A DNA stretch of 63,654 nucleotides, filler included, from Lenisia limosa (taxonomy: Eukaryota > Protista > Breviatea), in the NCBI GenBank assembly GCA_001655205.1. It is 7 parts of 7 records of this genome, joined end to end, with 100 filler letters (N's around TTAATTAATTAA, not from the genome) between each part and the next. Parts side by side here need not be neighbours in the genome. Positions count along the whole stretch, not along the records: positions 19,710 to 25,597 come from LPNZ01010493.1; positions 25,698 to 36,005 come from LPNZ01005789.1; positions 36,106 to 38,495 come from LPNZ01008132.1; 4 more parts are not named here. One strand, 5' to 3'. The translations under genes and the position numbers were made by a program. A model generated the notes under the pieces. It saw nothing but the letters and a program-made list of their open reading frames with translations, was not told the origin of the DNA and searched no databases. Shown piece by piece: positions 25,480 to 38,595 of this stretch; within the stretch, counting starts at the first letter, position 1, and each line of letters starts with the position of its first letter.

Positions 25480-25538
25480 TGGTGTGTGTGTGTGTGTGTG
25501 TGTGACAGAGAGATAGCGACACACACACACACACACAC
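25480..25538. repeat. Inverted microsatellite pair (GT)n ... (AC)n
   Basis: A GT tract and an AC tract of about 10-11 units each, separated by ~14 nt. Confidence 0.9.
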
Positions 25539-25786
25539 CGAGCGACAGAGAGAGAGATAACAATACCCTGAGATAGCAAACAAGACAACTATATCCCNNN
25601 NNNNNNNNNNNNNNNNNNNNNNNNNNNNNNNNNNNNNNNNNTTAATTAATTAANNNNNNNNNNNNNNNNNNNNNNNNNNNNNNNNNNNNNNNNNNNNTGC
25701 TCTTTTCAATCAGAAGAGTTGGGCTTCTGGCTCTGAGAAATGATAATTGATAAAAATTCAATAGAAGCTCCATCGATTAGCTGAGA

Positions 25787-28323
25787 TCACTCTTTAGATT
25801 CTGTCGAACATTATTCGGTCAAATTGGAATGCATGAAAAGTAAAATAAAAGCAAGAGAAGATGGAGGAACCACATCACCAACGTTTGTAACGGGAGGGGA
25901 CGGAAGCGGCCCACTGGAGGTGGGTGAAGGAATATTGGCGTAGTCGTCTGAAGGAAAGGAAGATTCTGAAATGAGACAGAAGTCGTCCACCTCACAAATA
26001 TCCTGCACGTATGAGGAAAGGTGGGGGGGGGGGGTGCAAATGAACCACAAAAAAATGCAAAAAGTGGAATGGTTACCCATCACTATCACTAGTCAGCAAA
26101 CACACATGCTTTCCCATTTTAGTTGCACCAATCCATCGGTGACCAACCCTGTATTCAGGTGCCTTTTGGACCACAGTGAGGAAAGCGGAGTCTCTATATC
26201 GCTTTATCATCTGGGAGAATTAAATACAAGAGATGCCGACCATTTTAATGCAGTTTTCAAGGCAGAGGATTTCGTTTTTGTCCTTAAGCAAGAAGACCAG
26301 ACAGCAAGAGGGGTCAATGTCTTGGAGATTCATCAAGAACGAGTATTCAGAGTAAACTGTCTATAATAATGATACAAGGGAAATGAGCAAGAGTAATGGT
26401 AATCTTGAATAAAAGCGATTATCTACTTCAATCCTGAGTGGGGAATACAAGATTAATAAGTTTAATGGCAGCTCGCATTCTGTGTAGGGCATTACAGCAA
26501 AGTGCGAACTGCCTTCATCGCTCACCTTTAAGTCACTGTTGAGTAGCTCAGCATCAAGTTTGGGCTGTATCGTGTGCGGATCCAAATAGGACACCTCTTT
26601 GTCTACAGTATGAGCGCCTTTTCTCCTACTAAAGACAGACATACTGTGTTCACTGAAGAAGTAGAACGACTTCCTATTGACGCCACCCATGAGCCCAGAA
26701 AAAGTCGGCCAATGCATGGCCTCGGCAAGGGGATTCACAAACGAGCTATCTAACTGATGCAGCTGTGGTATTAGAAGAACAGTTCACAAAGAAGGAAATG
26801 GTGAGCAAAAGCCTACCCCTAATCTCAAAGGAAAGAGCACAACAGTCTTCTTCCAGGGTTCCAGCTACATTGTAACAGTATGCACCTTGATATATTTATG
26901 ATATGTAATTTTTGAGATTGCCTTCAAATGCATGAAACACAAATTTTAAAAATAACCTATTGATATACATTGGATAGCAAATTCAGGAACAAACCTGAAA
27001 GTGGTTTCTCATACCTAAATCAACCCCTACCTGGTCCAATACCAATTGTCCGTCTGAAAACTCAAGAATTCGTGTTGGAAATGTGTCTTTGTTTTCCGCA
27101 ATATCCCTAAGTTGATGACACTTTTTTGGAAAGTCTCAACAAAACTAGCTCAAGTGGTTTAAAACAACAAATTGTAGATGCAATACAGTAGTTGTCCTTT
27201 TTATTCACTGAATATTCTTCGCACCCGCCAACACAAGAGCTCGAGTCACTGAACTTGGCCCCATCCAGTCTCCAAGCGGTCTGCCGTAGCTCAAGCCGTT
27301 CAGGGCTGCAAAATGAGAAACATCAACATCTATAGCTTGTTGGAATCCTTGGTATGAAGAAGCATATAAGCTCAGTATTAAAAAATACGACAGGATGAAC
27401 AATGTTCTGGGGCCTGTGGCTTCGTGATGGCTTTCAATGGTATCATTCTTCATTGAGCTTACCAATGGAATGGATAGAAAGGGGGGCATGAGGACTGTCA
27501 AAGAAGAACGTCACAATCTAAAGAGGGCTAAGTGACAACCCGAATAACTGTGAAATGCGGACAGCTAATTAACTACATGATGGTTATCNNNNNNNNNNNN
27601 NNNNNNNNNNNNNNNNNNNNNNNNNNNNNNNNNNNNNNNNNNNNNNNNNNNNNNNNNNNNNNNNNNNNNNNNNNNNNNNNNNNNNNNNNNNNNNNNNNNN
27701 NNNNNNNNNNNNNNNNNNNNNNNNNNNNNNNNNNNNNNNNNNNNNNNNNNNNNNNNNNNNNNNNNNNNNNNNNNNNNNNNNNNNNNNNNNNNNNNNNNNN
27801 NNNACCTTTAGCAAAAGCAATACTGGCCCAGGCATTCGCAATGGCCATTTGCCCAACCCTCATCATGCACCCCCAATGCGCATCACTGGCCGGGCCTTTG
27901 GCTCCTCCTAAATGATAACTATCAATGTACATTTCCCCACATCCGAGAATCCATCGACAAAGACTCCCCGCTCAACATGATGTGTCAATACCAACCTATT
28001 GGAGAGAAGTTCCACCTGAAAATCAATCAGATCAATATGTGATGCTTCAACATATGTACAACAAGGCTACAATCAATAAGCAGTCGTCCCCCCCCCCCCN
28101 NNNNNNNNNNNNNNNNNNNNNNNNNNNNNNNNNNNNNNNNNNNNNNNNNNNNNNNNNNNNAGATTTTCTCCAGGAGGGGATAAAGCTCCGAATCATTCGT
28201 GGTATGGAAGACATCAGATCCCTTGGCTTAAGTGTGAGAGGGTTTTGATTTCAACTGAGAACCAACTTGGTCATCATCCTTCGTGGAGGGCGTATTAGGC
28301 TTCTTCTTCCCACCACAGATCAT
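25787..28323 (-). CDS. ATG4: Autophagy cysteine protease ATG4 (peptidase C54), multi-exon
   Basis: RWNFSPIG, SDAHWGCMMRVGQMAIANA (catalytic Cys), GRPLGDWMGPSSV, KTVVLFPLRLG, GLMGGVNRKSFYF, VSYLDPHTIQ (Asp/His) and IDPSCCLVF; putative start MICGGKKK at 28323. Confidence 0.93.
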
Positions 28324-29266
28324 TGGAAGACAGCGGCAGTCACATCTTTATTTAAATCGAAGGGAAGAAGGGGAAAAGGACGGTTTTTGTTGGATGAGGT
28401 GAGATGCTGAAAAATGGTAATAGCAAAATTCTTTGTATTATGAAAGAGCGGTAGTGTTAGGTGTTAGTTTTATGAATTAATTAAAAAGTGTTAGAGTTTG
28501 AAAAGCCGGCCTTTTGCTTTATTTCTGACTGAGATTTGTGATTGTGGGGGGGGGGGGACAGGGGAAAAAGATCAAGTGGGATAAAGTGTGCTTTGCTTTC
28601 TTGTCATCTTTTAGCCAATGGGGTGTTATATCTTTTACCTTTTAGCCCTTTCAAAACTTATGTATCATATGTATATAATGTGAATATGATATATAATTAA
28701 TATAAATACATATCATATGGGAAGAACTTGGTAAAGCTGGGAAATTGGGTTTNNNNNNNNNNNNNNNNNNNNNNNNNNNNNNNNNNNNNNNNNNNNNNNN
28801 NNNNNNNNNNNNNNNNNNNNNNNNNNNNNNNNNNNNNNNNNNNNNNNNNNNNNNNNNNNNNNNNNNNNNNNNNNNNNNNNNNNNNNNNNNNNNNNNNNNN
28901 NNNNNNNNNNNNNNNNNNNNNNNNNNCCAAAAGGAAGTCGTATCCTACGGCGCACTTTATCCTGTTCTACGCACTTTGTTCTGGAGCAGGAATTTCCGGT
29001 CCCGTGATTTTGTGATTGTGATTTGATTAGTCTAAATCTAAATCTAAAGACGCCCCTGGCCCCGCCTCTCTCCCTCACGAAATCAAAACCAAAAATTTGA
29101 TTTTTTTTTGGATCACACAAGCATCAAGAGACTACGAATAACGAAATGACTCAAAAGAAATATAAACAGCTATCTTAAAAATATACTAAATGTATGTACA
29201 TGTACACACTCATAAAACACATCGAAAAAATAATACACCTAGAATTAGACCTTTAACAATTTTCAC

Positions 29267-30643
29267 TTAATAATCGGGGACATCGCCGTAGACCAGGTCT
29301 TGTCGAATGTTCCACCTGGATGCTAAGAGTCGAAACACCCACAGTACACATTATGAAAATAAATGAAAATTGAAAAAAAAAAAAAAAAAAAAAAANNNNN
29401 NNNNNNNNNNNNNNNNNNNNNNNNNNNNNNNNNNNNNNNNNNNNNNNNNNNNNNNNNNNNNNCTGTTGGAGGTACATAGGAGTTGCGCGGGGCTACCGGT
29501 TTGGATGGTGGTTGGTAGCTTTCGTCATTGAGATAGAGATTAGCCCTGTTTGTGTCACATGATTCAAAGAAAAGTGACAAAAATGTTTCAAAAGTCGCAA
29601 GATATCAAAATGGAAATGGAAAAGAGTCCCTACCTTATTCCCCAGCGTAAATCATCCCTTCTCCTATCGGGAGGGGGGACGTAATTTGAAGGAACAGCAG
29701 GTTTTGTCCTTGAAGGTAAAAAGCGTCCGTACACTTGAATACAAGAGAAAAACCAATGTGCAGTTTTTGTGGGACCCTACTGGTAGCTATTTGGAATAAA
29801 GCTGATAGAGATAGTTTTTGATAAAATGGTGGTTTGTGGACAATATATCATATAATCAAAGACTGTTCTTAGTTCAGAAGACCATACTAGTGTACAATTT
29901 ATCATTTCAATCCGAACCAACTTTGGAGTAATGTGAGGTTGCGTCTCAGCTCTCTGCCTTTCAACGATATTCTCCTTCGGTCTCCTTGACAGTAAGAAGA
30001 AGAAATATAGATATATATCATTTTCAACCCACTTTTTGCTGTTCTTCAGATACTGGTCATTTTTCCATGCTGAGTTCCATTGTGCATGTCTACTGACAGG
30101 GTCATGCAGGTTTGCCCTAAAATGGTTATTCAAAGTCAAGTAAAAGCTGGAGAGGGTGCATGCTGCAAATACCTTGACGAAGCGGCCGTTGTGGGGCGAC
30201 GAGAGGGCGTGCGAATAACTACATCCTTAAAATCCATCGATGCATAAGATTGACGACGGTGCATCAAGTTGACCCCAACCTCCTGTAACGGGTCGTCCAG
30301 ATGAAGTGTACTGAATCGGTGCAGTCACTGGTCGTTGGTGAACAATGACTTCTTCCGCTGCTTGCTCATAGGACCGGTCATTTGATGTGGATTCATAATA
30401 CTGGCGTGTTGAGGTTGATGATGGCGATGAATGAGTAGCGGAGACGGGTTTCGAGACGGAAAGATTGTCCATTGAAGGAATTGGTGAAGAGCGGTCACTT
30501 TCTGGTGAGGTGCTACAATTCATTACAACGGTTCTATCCAAGAACGCCTTACGATTGAGTTTTTGTTTGTGGGCTAGACGGGGAGGATGATGATGGAGAC
30601 GATACGTGCACCACACGTCGTGCTTTGCCTTAGGAATAAACAC
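29267..30643 (-). CDS. HYLS1: Hydrolethalus syndrome protein 1-like centriole/basal body protein (HYLS1_C); start approximate
   Basis: HDPVSRHAQWNSAW, then SNYVPPPDRRRDDLRWGIR, then RNSYVPP[gap]SRWNIRQDLVYG. This mirrors HYLS1 DPVAKY..KRDW / ELRWGVRE / [25 protein letters not shown]. Confidence 0.75.
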
Positions 30644-30899
30644 AAATATGGAACCAAGCGGAACTTTGTGAAATAAGGAGAAAACTGGCTGCTTATAAAG
30701 GATAAGAAAACTGGCGGAAGTATTCTAAGAAATACTATTTCGCCAGCGTTGATTGTCACCAGGTTTTTAAAACAACAGTTTCAAATCATCAAATCGGATT
30801 TCACTTCTTTTTAGTTGAAGTTGCTGTCAGGTTTTCAATCCCCGTATCGCAAAGTTCCCTCAGACCGGTAAGGCCAGTGGACACAGGTGACTGCACCGA

Positions 30900-33800
30900 A
30901 ACGTTGGACCTGCAACTGTTAGCTTCAACACTCCAAGATTACACGAATTAGCTACTGTTGCATTGGTATTTCGAACCTAATTGGAGTCTGAACATGGTAC
31001 TGATAAGAGCGTTGTGCTTGGACATTACCTAAACTCAATAAAAACGCTCTTACAAACAACACTGACGAGATCAAGGTGTCGCTTACAAGGAACCGTTACA
31101 GTGTGCAGCCTCGGCTTGCACTGGTCAGCGCCAGGCACCTGGTACCAGAGGTCTCGACTCCTCGGAATTTGCTCCGTCAGGTTGTGGCCTCGCATCTGAG
31201 CCAAAGCTTCAACATCCATATTGCTGACTTCTGTCAAATCTAAACAGAAAGAATGCCGCACAATGATATGATATGACTTATCCAGATCAGAATTATGCAG
31301 CCGTTATTTCACTTGTGCTCTGTGTTTTACTTTTTTATTCTTCTATTAAACCCAATTATACCATGAATGAGAAAAGAGAGATAAAATTTGTGAAAAATGG
31401 TTAAATACCTGCGCCACCGTACCGTACCTCTTTTTACCGCCCTCCCCCTCTCCCTCTTCACCGTTTCTTTTTCGTTATTAAAGAGTAGTTGGAAGAGTAT
31501 TAAAAGCATAGTAGAAGAAAGAGACGAAACTCTTCTTAGAACGTCAAATTCTTGTCGGAATGTAGTCCAACCACTTGTCTGCCCTGACTGACCACCTCTA
31601 AACACCATTCCACAATGCGGACTTCGCATTTTCTCAGGACTGCCTCACCCCTGCCGTCGCCCCCCGCGCTCAACAAGTCCGTGCAGGGCAAGGCTGGCCC
31701 TGTCTTTATCACAGCAAAGCCCGCAGCAGTCGAAGTGGCTGAGCCTTCTCCCATGGCCAAGACTCTGAAGTTCAAGAGCAAAGAGCAATTCTCAACGTCT
31801 GTTAACCAAAAGAAAAAAGCAAGTGTCTTGCAGCATAGTTCAAAGATTCTTCTTTCCCACTCAACTGCCGTTAATAACAATGTGGTAAGCCTGAGCTGGG
31901 TTGGAATAAACCGTTTTTCGGGAGCATTTATCAAGTTTTTTAGAAGGCAAATAGTCATACCATCTAGATATAAGGTTTAATTGTTGTTGTTTCCCTCTAA
32001 AGCATCTTGTATCTCATTGTTTTTTGTATCCACAGCCGAGACTGTATCGGCCAAAGCCCACAGCCTCTGACCTAGCCCCCCCTGTCTACATGCACGCTCC
32101 ATCCTACGAAAAGAGAGTCTGTCAAACTCAGCAAAAGAGCCCCAAAAAGAGCCCGTTGTGGCTCTCCACCGACCTTCCCATTGACCTCACCCCTCTGCCG
32201 CTCAGCTCTGACCCGACGCCAACCTCGGTGCCCATTTATCCGATCGCTTCTGAGCCGTCAGAAGTGTTTCATAAGATAGTGACGGGAGAGACCTCACCCC
32301 TTTTCGAAGGACCAATTTCAGCCGATGTTTTCCTTACTCCAGCGCCGCCGGTACCTTCTGCTCGAGTGTCTCCGGTGGGTGGTGAAGTTGGGTTGTGTGT
32401 GTGCAGTATATTATAACTTTATTAAATTTTCTACATTTTAACCCTGATCGATATCTACAGAGATATGATCATATTACCTACTTTTGTGAAATGATAAACG
32501 AAAAACGCGAGGGTTCACCCGGAGTGTATCAGAGTGTCATTGAGACGTGTCAGTCGATTACCATACGAGTGGAAATGAGTTATCGTATCACCGCGTGGAA
32601 AATGATAGTATGATGAGATTATTCCATTTTAAGAGCACATGAGAAATGTTTGGATTAATAATTGCTCATTATCTGTTATTTAGCTGAATCATGATCGCCC
32701 TCAGTTCCTCTCAACTTTCCATGGGTAGTTCTTTTGACCTTCCGATGTAGTGAATTGAATCGTTGATTTGCTTTTTTTTNNNNNNNNNNNNNNNNNNNNN
32801 NNNNNNNNNNNNNNNNNNNNNNNNNNNNNNNNNNNNNNNNNNNNNNNNNNNNNNNNNNNNNNNNNNNNNNNNNNNNNNNNNNNNNNNNNNNNNNNNNNNN
32901 NNNNNNNNNNNNNNNNNNNNNNNNNNTGAGGAGGTTACTGAAAGGTCCCAAATGTGGGTCGAAGCTCGAAAGCATTTTCCATTTCGCATCTCAAATACTT
33001 ATTCCTTAGCCAATTGTCGTCGTACAAAAACCTTAACAATAGTATCTAACGCTTTTAGCTCTCAAAGGAGTCAGAAGTCGCACCTTATTGGACAAATATC
33101 CTCAAGATCCGTGAGCTTTTCTCCTTCAAAACGAAGCGAGCCACCCAGCCCCATGTCTCCCTCGTCTAAAAGGGACCGAAAAGACAAAACAGTACTCCCT
33201 GCTGCGGAACCAAAGGTGTCCGTTTTGAGCCCTTTAAAGGTTGGTTCTTTGTCATGCCTGTGTAACCTCGAGATATCCCACCGCCAAGCCTCGACAGTGT
33301 CGAAACGTTCCGCCCTTGGCCCTGTTCCGGCCGAGTCAATGCCGAACCTCCGGCCGCAACCTGCCTTATCCGGCAGAAGTGTCGGAAGTGCCACGTCACG
33401 TGGTCAGCGAACCGAGCCAATCGCCCAGGAGAAACAACCTTCTTTTTTCGAGATGGCACAGAACATGATAGCTGTCGACTCTTCTGAATCCCTCAAGCCA
33501 AAGGTGGGTCGAGTGCTTTATTGTATTAGTTCTTCAATCCTATTCTGACAGCCAAGACTGCGCGTAAGATGTCCCCCCCATCAAGGCGGCCGCAGCCCCA
33601 TCCGAGCCCGTCACCACCCAAGGCCAAACCGGTCCCGGATGCCATGCCATCAGCTGCACCGCTGGCCGTCTCACAGCCCAAGCCCACGAAGGACTCTGAC
33701 CATGACACTCGATCTGAGGTTGGAGTGACTGCGGGGGTGTTTCTCTGTATTGCACGTCCGCGCATACAGTCATGCTTCAGATCCTGTCACTTGATTTGGA

Positions 33801-35637
33801 AACAGTCTCACACGCACAACCTCGGATCCAAAAGGAGGACCGTCTCGACTGGGTGTGGGAAGACAAAAAGAGCCGTAACGTGACTCTCAAGGTCTGATAA
33901 GGAGGGAAGGAGCCATAACGTGTCTATCAAGGTCTGATAAGGAGGGAAGGAGCCATAACATGTTTATCAAGGTCTGATAAGGAGGGAAGGAGCCATAACG
34001 TGTCTATCGGTCTGATAAGGAGGGAAGGAGGGTACTTTCTAGTATATATTGTCTGACCTCATCCGTAGCCTGCTCCCCGAGCCAACACAGTTCCGTTGTC
34101 GATTTCGTCCTTGGACATGCATGAGGAGGCCGACTCGGAAGCTACACTGCCTTATCTGGATGAGGCCATTGCCGTCTTGAGCCAGACCACACGACGGAAA
34201 CTGTGGGATATCAAAGTTGTTGCTGTTGAGTTTGATGACGGTCTTTTGAACCACTTGTTCTTGGCTTATCTCCGCATACCTTCGACCAACATTTCAGTTC
34301 AATTTCCTTGGGAGACAATGATGCGAATGAGGTGTTAGAGAAGCTAAGGACCCCTATTCCATCACCCCGTCGGGGCACTCAAATGACGCCAATCTCGAAA
34401 TACTTTGGTGGGGGGGGGGGCTCAGGATTTTCGAGCGGAGTCCCTCCATAAGAGACAAGTTGCCGAATTTTGCCTACAATAATAACACTGGAAACTCGTA
34501 AATTTCTAAATGATATTTTTAGTCACGATTGACGTCTTGTATTTGCTTCTTGCATGCTGTAGTAACTTCACTTAGCCACTCACTCTATCTCCTCCTCAAC
34601 ATCGTCATCATCCTACGACATAGACGAAGATGATCACATGCCCAGCAAGTCCGTGCCAAACCGTCTCTTTGCCAGGTTTGCTGCTTTCTTGTGGTATCCC
34701 GCAACTTCCATAGATTCTTAACCCACTGTTACCTTGTAGGCAACGCACCCATTCCACTCCAGATCTTCCCTCCCAGGTAAGGATGTCGTTTCTATCACAT
34801 GTCCTTGGTGTTCATAATCTCACTGTCCAGTCGGACCTCATGAAATCCGGTGGCTCAGCGCTCCGGAACCAAATTGACCAGCTCTCTAGTGACCTGGACA
34901 CGATCCCATTGCCGAAGCTGACAATGGCTGATCGGTCTACGCGGCCGCAGTCGGCAGTGGCCAACATGGGCACCGGGATTAGTGTCAAAGACGCCATCCG
35001 CACCATGGACAGCAAGCCGATCAGGCGGGCGTTGGGGCAGAAGGTCGGCAAGGCGGAGCGCGGCCTTTCGGGTTCTGATCTTTTGGAGCACAAATCAAAG
35101 TATCACAAGGAGCAATTCGAGAAGGCGTCAGCCGCGGAGAAGGCGGCTCAGAACCGCCTCCATAGGACCCGTATTGAAGTGGATGAGAGACGGCGGAAGG
35201 GTGAACTCGCCATGATGAACTCCAAAAGCAGTGGAATGCTGCACCATGCTCAGAATAGTTCGCCCACCCTCCAAAGAGCCAGCCCTGAACGCAGTTTTAC
35301 TCCAAAGCCGACCAAGTCGAGCCCTAAGCCCATCCGAACCACTAAACCTACCCGATCAAGTCCCTTGCTCAAACGTGCCGACCAGCCAAGAACCTCTAGT
35401 CCAATGCAGAAACAGGCTTCCAGTGGTGTCATCCCCACCCGCACTTCCACTCCCTCACGGGGCAAAAGCCCGAACCCCCTGCGGGCCAGCGTGGCTGCTA
35501 AGGATACACCGCGCGTAAAAAGCAAGATGACCCCGCGCACGCCCCGTGTGGCTGCGGTACCGCCTGGTATCGACGGCAGGCTATCTGAAGCTGCAATCAG
35601 GTTGGCGGGCCGGTTATCTTGTCAGTGGCCAGCTTAA
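30900..35637 (+). CDS. Large Ser/Pro/Lys-rich, probably disordered, uncharacterised protein, multi-exon
   Basis: Long open blocks at 31590-31880, 32030-32380, 33070-33500, 33550-33720 and 34820-35637 (284-aa ORF ending TAA), with GT/AG borders. No domain recognised. Confidence 0.5.
33869..34030 (+). repeat. 40-bp minisatellite x4 (probably intronic)
   Basis: Unit GGAGCCATAACGTGTCTATCAAGGTCTGATAAGGAGGGAA with small variants. Confidence 0.95.
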
Positions 35638-36356
35638 AAGGTGTTCAGTGCGCCATAATGTGAGTCACGTTTCGCCATCAGACAGTTACTAAGTGAAAAG
35701 AGCTGTAATAGCTACACGCTCTTTTTTTTTTGAAGTAATACAATCAAGAAATGCTGTTCACTTATTTACCCCATAGTTATGCATCAATTTGTCCCGTCGC
35801 TTCCAATATTTTTGCGGCAGTCGCAACGGAAAAAAGTAGGCTCAAAGCCGTAGTGTAATATTGGAAGGAGATTGGCCAATTCCCTTCTAATTTATCTGTA
35901 GGTACTTTCCATCAGGCTACTGAATGGTTCCATGAACAGTATGCTAAGTGGTCATCTTCTCCAAGTGTCCCACAGGTTGGCAGAAACATGATGGGAGGAG
36001 ATCTTNNNNNNNNNNNNNNNNNNNNNNNNNNNNNNNNNNNNNNNNNNNNTTAATTAATTAANNNNNNNNNNNNNNNNNNNNNNNNNNNNNNNNNNNNNNN
36101 NNNNNGGGGGGGGGGGGGGGGGTATTGAAAACATTTGGGGGAATGTGAAGGATTGTCTTTTTTTGAGGTCCAACCCCCCATATAAAAAAGCAATCCTTTC
36201 GCTTTGTCAAGCCTAATAACATATACCATATCCATATGCCATATAACCAGTAAATAACAATTTTGGGTAAATATGATCGCACTCAGGGGGGACGACCTAT
36301 TTCGATATAACCATATTCAAAATAGCAATATAGCCATAACCATATAACGCCTATAG

Positions 36357-38328
36357 GTCACCAACGAGCAGCCCGAGGGTCTCCGAGCGAACGTCATGCG
36401 CTCTTTGATGGAAGTTTCCCAGGACGAATTCAACTCCACTGCACAGAAAGAGGCCTGGCAGAAGGTCTGTTAGCTTTCACATCTTCTCTCCCTTCAACTT
36501 GTTATCACGTTGATAGGAGTAATTAATTTTCTATTTTTCCTCCCCCAAACCCCCCAAACCCGTGTGTGTGTTACTAGCCAACAGATTTTGTAAATTATTA
36601 TTAATATTTTGTGACCAATTTTCGTTTTGTACGAGTGCGGTGTTTGCCAACAGAGTTGATTTTAAGCCTTTTTTTTTTGTTTCATAAATGCTCCCATTTC
36701 ACACCCCAGCTTGTCTTTGCTGTGTCCTTCTTCAACGCCCTGGTGGTTGAACGCAAGAAGTTCGGACCACTGGGCTGGAACATTACCTACGATTTCTCGT
36801 GCGGGGGGGGGGTGGTATGNNNNNNNNNNNNNNNNNNNNNNNNNNNNNNNNNNNNNNNNNNNNNNNNNNNNNNNNNNNNNNNNNNNNNNNNNNNNNNNNN
36901 NNNNNNNNNNNNNNNNNNNNNNNNNNNNNNNNNNNNNNNNNNNNNNNNNNNNNNNNNNNNNNNNNNNNNTTCTCTTTGCTATATATATACCGTTTCACTC
37001 CGCTAACCCCCCTTAGAGCAGCCGACTGGGAAGTTGCGATGCGCCTCCTCAAACAGGCCGTGGATCGTCCTGAGGGCATCAGGTGGGGGCAAGAGAAATG
37101 ATACTCATATGATATTTATTTATTAATATTTGATTCTAAGGAAAGAAATAAATACATAGGGATACCATAAACAAATTACCAAACTTCCGCGCCCACGCTC
37201 CTTCATGCCCTGGGGAGGGGTGTTTAGNNNNNNNNNNNNNNNNNNNNNNNNNNNNNNNNNNNNNNNNNNNNNNNNNNNNNNNNNNNNNNNNNNNNNNNNN
37301 NNNNNNNNNNNAGGGGTGTTTAGGAGAAAGTCAGGGCTTCCCTACGGTCCCAAAAATGACCGAATTTCCTGACAATTCTTGGATAATATCGACACCTTCT
37401 CGGACCGTAGGGAACCCCTATATAGAGTACTGATAAAATATATAAAAAAAGGGGGGGAGGGGCAACTGAGTTGAATTTTGGGGGCTTTGTTTTGTAGTTG
37501 CTTGATGTTTTTTTCCAATTTCACCNNNNNNNNNNNNNNNNNNNNNNNNNNNNNNNNNNNNNNNNNNNNNNNNNNNNNNNNNNNNNNNNNNNNNNNNNNN
37601 NNNNNNNNNNNNNNNNNNNNNNNNNNNNNNNNNNNNNNNNNNNNNNNNNNNNNNNNNNNNNNNNNNNNNNNNNNNNNNNNNNNNNNNNNNNNNNNNNNNN
37701 NNGCCAAGTTCTTTCGCAGAACGTGCTTGCCCAGGGCTTTACATTCGACCCCCAGGGTATCTACCGCGTTCCCAGCCAGGTTTGTGTGGTGCCTTCTCAT
37801 TCTATTTTCTAGATCCGAAAAATAATAAAACTTCTCAAAAATTACAAAAAATGACGACTTCAGGGCTCGACCCTACAGGATGTGCGGCGAATCGCGTCGT
37901 GTCTGCCCGATGATGATGGCCCGGAGGTCTTTGGCATGCATCCAAACGCGGCCGCAGCGGCTAGACGGTGAGGGGGGGAGTATCCCTATGTATTTATTTG
38001 TTTCCATAGATTTCTACTATATTATTTATAACATGGATATATTGTATCAGAACTCTATTGCTGGTACTTTAATTTCTTTCTAATATTCTTCATCGAATTA
38101 TCCTTCGTTTTACTCAGCCAACAGAGTTGATTTTGGGCTTTATTTTGTTTCATAAATTTCCTTCGTTTTACTCCCCCCAGACGAAACGGAGCCGTTCTGA
38201 TAAGGACTCTTCTGGACCTTTCTCCCCGAGACATCTCCTCGGGCGGCCCAGGTGCGGCAAACGAGGAACTCAGTACCTTGGCTAACAGCCTCCTTGATCG
38301 ACTCCCTGCAGAACTTGATATTTCACTG
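36357..38328 (+). CDS. Dynein heavy chain fragment (AAA6/C-terminal region), probably axonemal
   Basis: [74 protein letters not shown] and LLDLSPRD...[10 protein letters not shown]. The contig is bounded by linkers on both sides. Confidence 0.93.
37332..37420 (+). mobile_element. hAT-type MITE family 1, subfamily B
   Basis: CAGGGCTTCCCTACGGTCCC...GGACCGTAGGGAACCCCTA in a dynein intron. Confidence 0.85.
38101..38180 (+). repeat. Dispersed repeat family 3; other copies at ~21391-21580 (two units) and ~36559-36709 (two units)
   Basis: Shared GCCAACAGAGTTGATTTTGGGCTTT.TTTTGTTTCATAA...TTTTACTCCCCCC. Confidence 0.85.
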
Positions 38329-38595
38329 GTGAGCGGACCGTCCTGGCGTTTTTCTTTTTATGAGACTTGGGATTTATGAAGGAAAATTGAATTTATAGCT
38401 GAAATCATACTCCATCACCCCCAACACCCTAAATAATACCTCCATCTCCTCTAATGGGATGCGGCGCTGCAGAAGTGACTGGCCTGGGCTTTGTTNNNNN
38501 NNNNNNNNNNNNNNNNNNNNNNNNNNNNNNNNNNNNNNNTTAATTAATTAANNNNNNNNNNNNNNNNNNNNNNNNNNNNNNNNNNNNNNNNNNNN

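Noticed and set aside
33869-34030. CRISPR-like repeats
   Set aside because: Head-to-tail tandem units with no unique spacers, in a eukaryotic context with no cas genes.
35890-36005. Upstream dynein exon (LSIRLLNGSM resembling FPVSILQNGSKM)
   Set aside because: Similarity is too weak and it lies across a linker.
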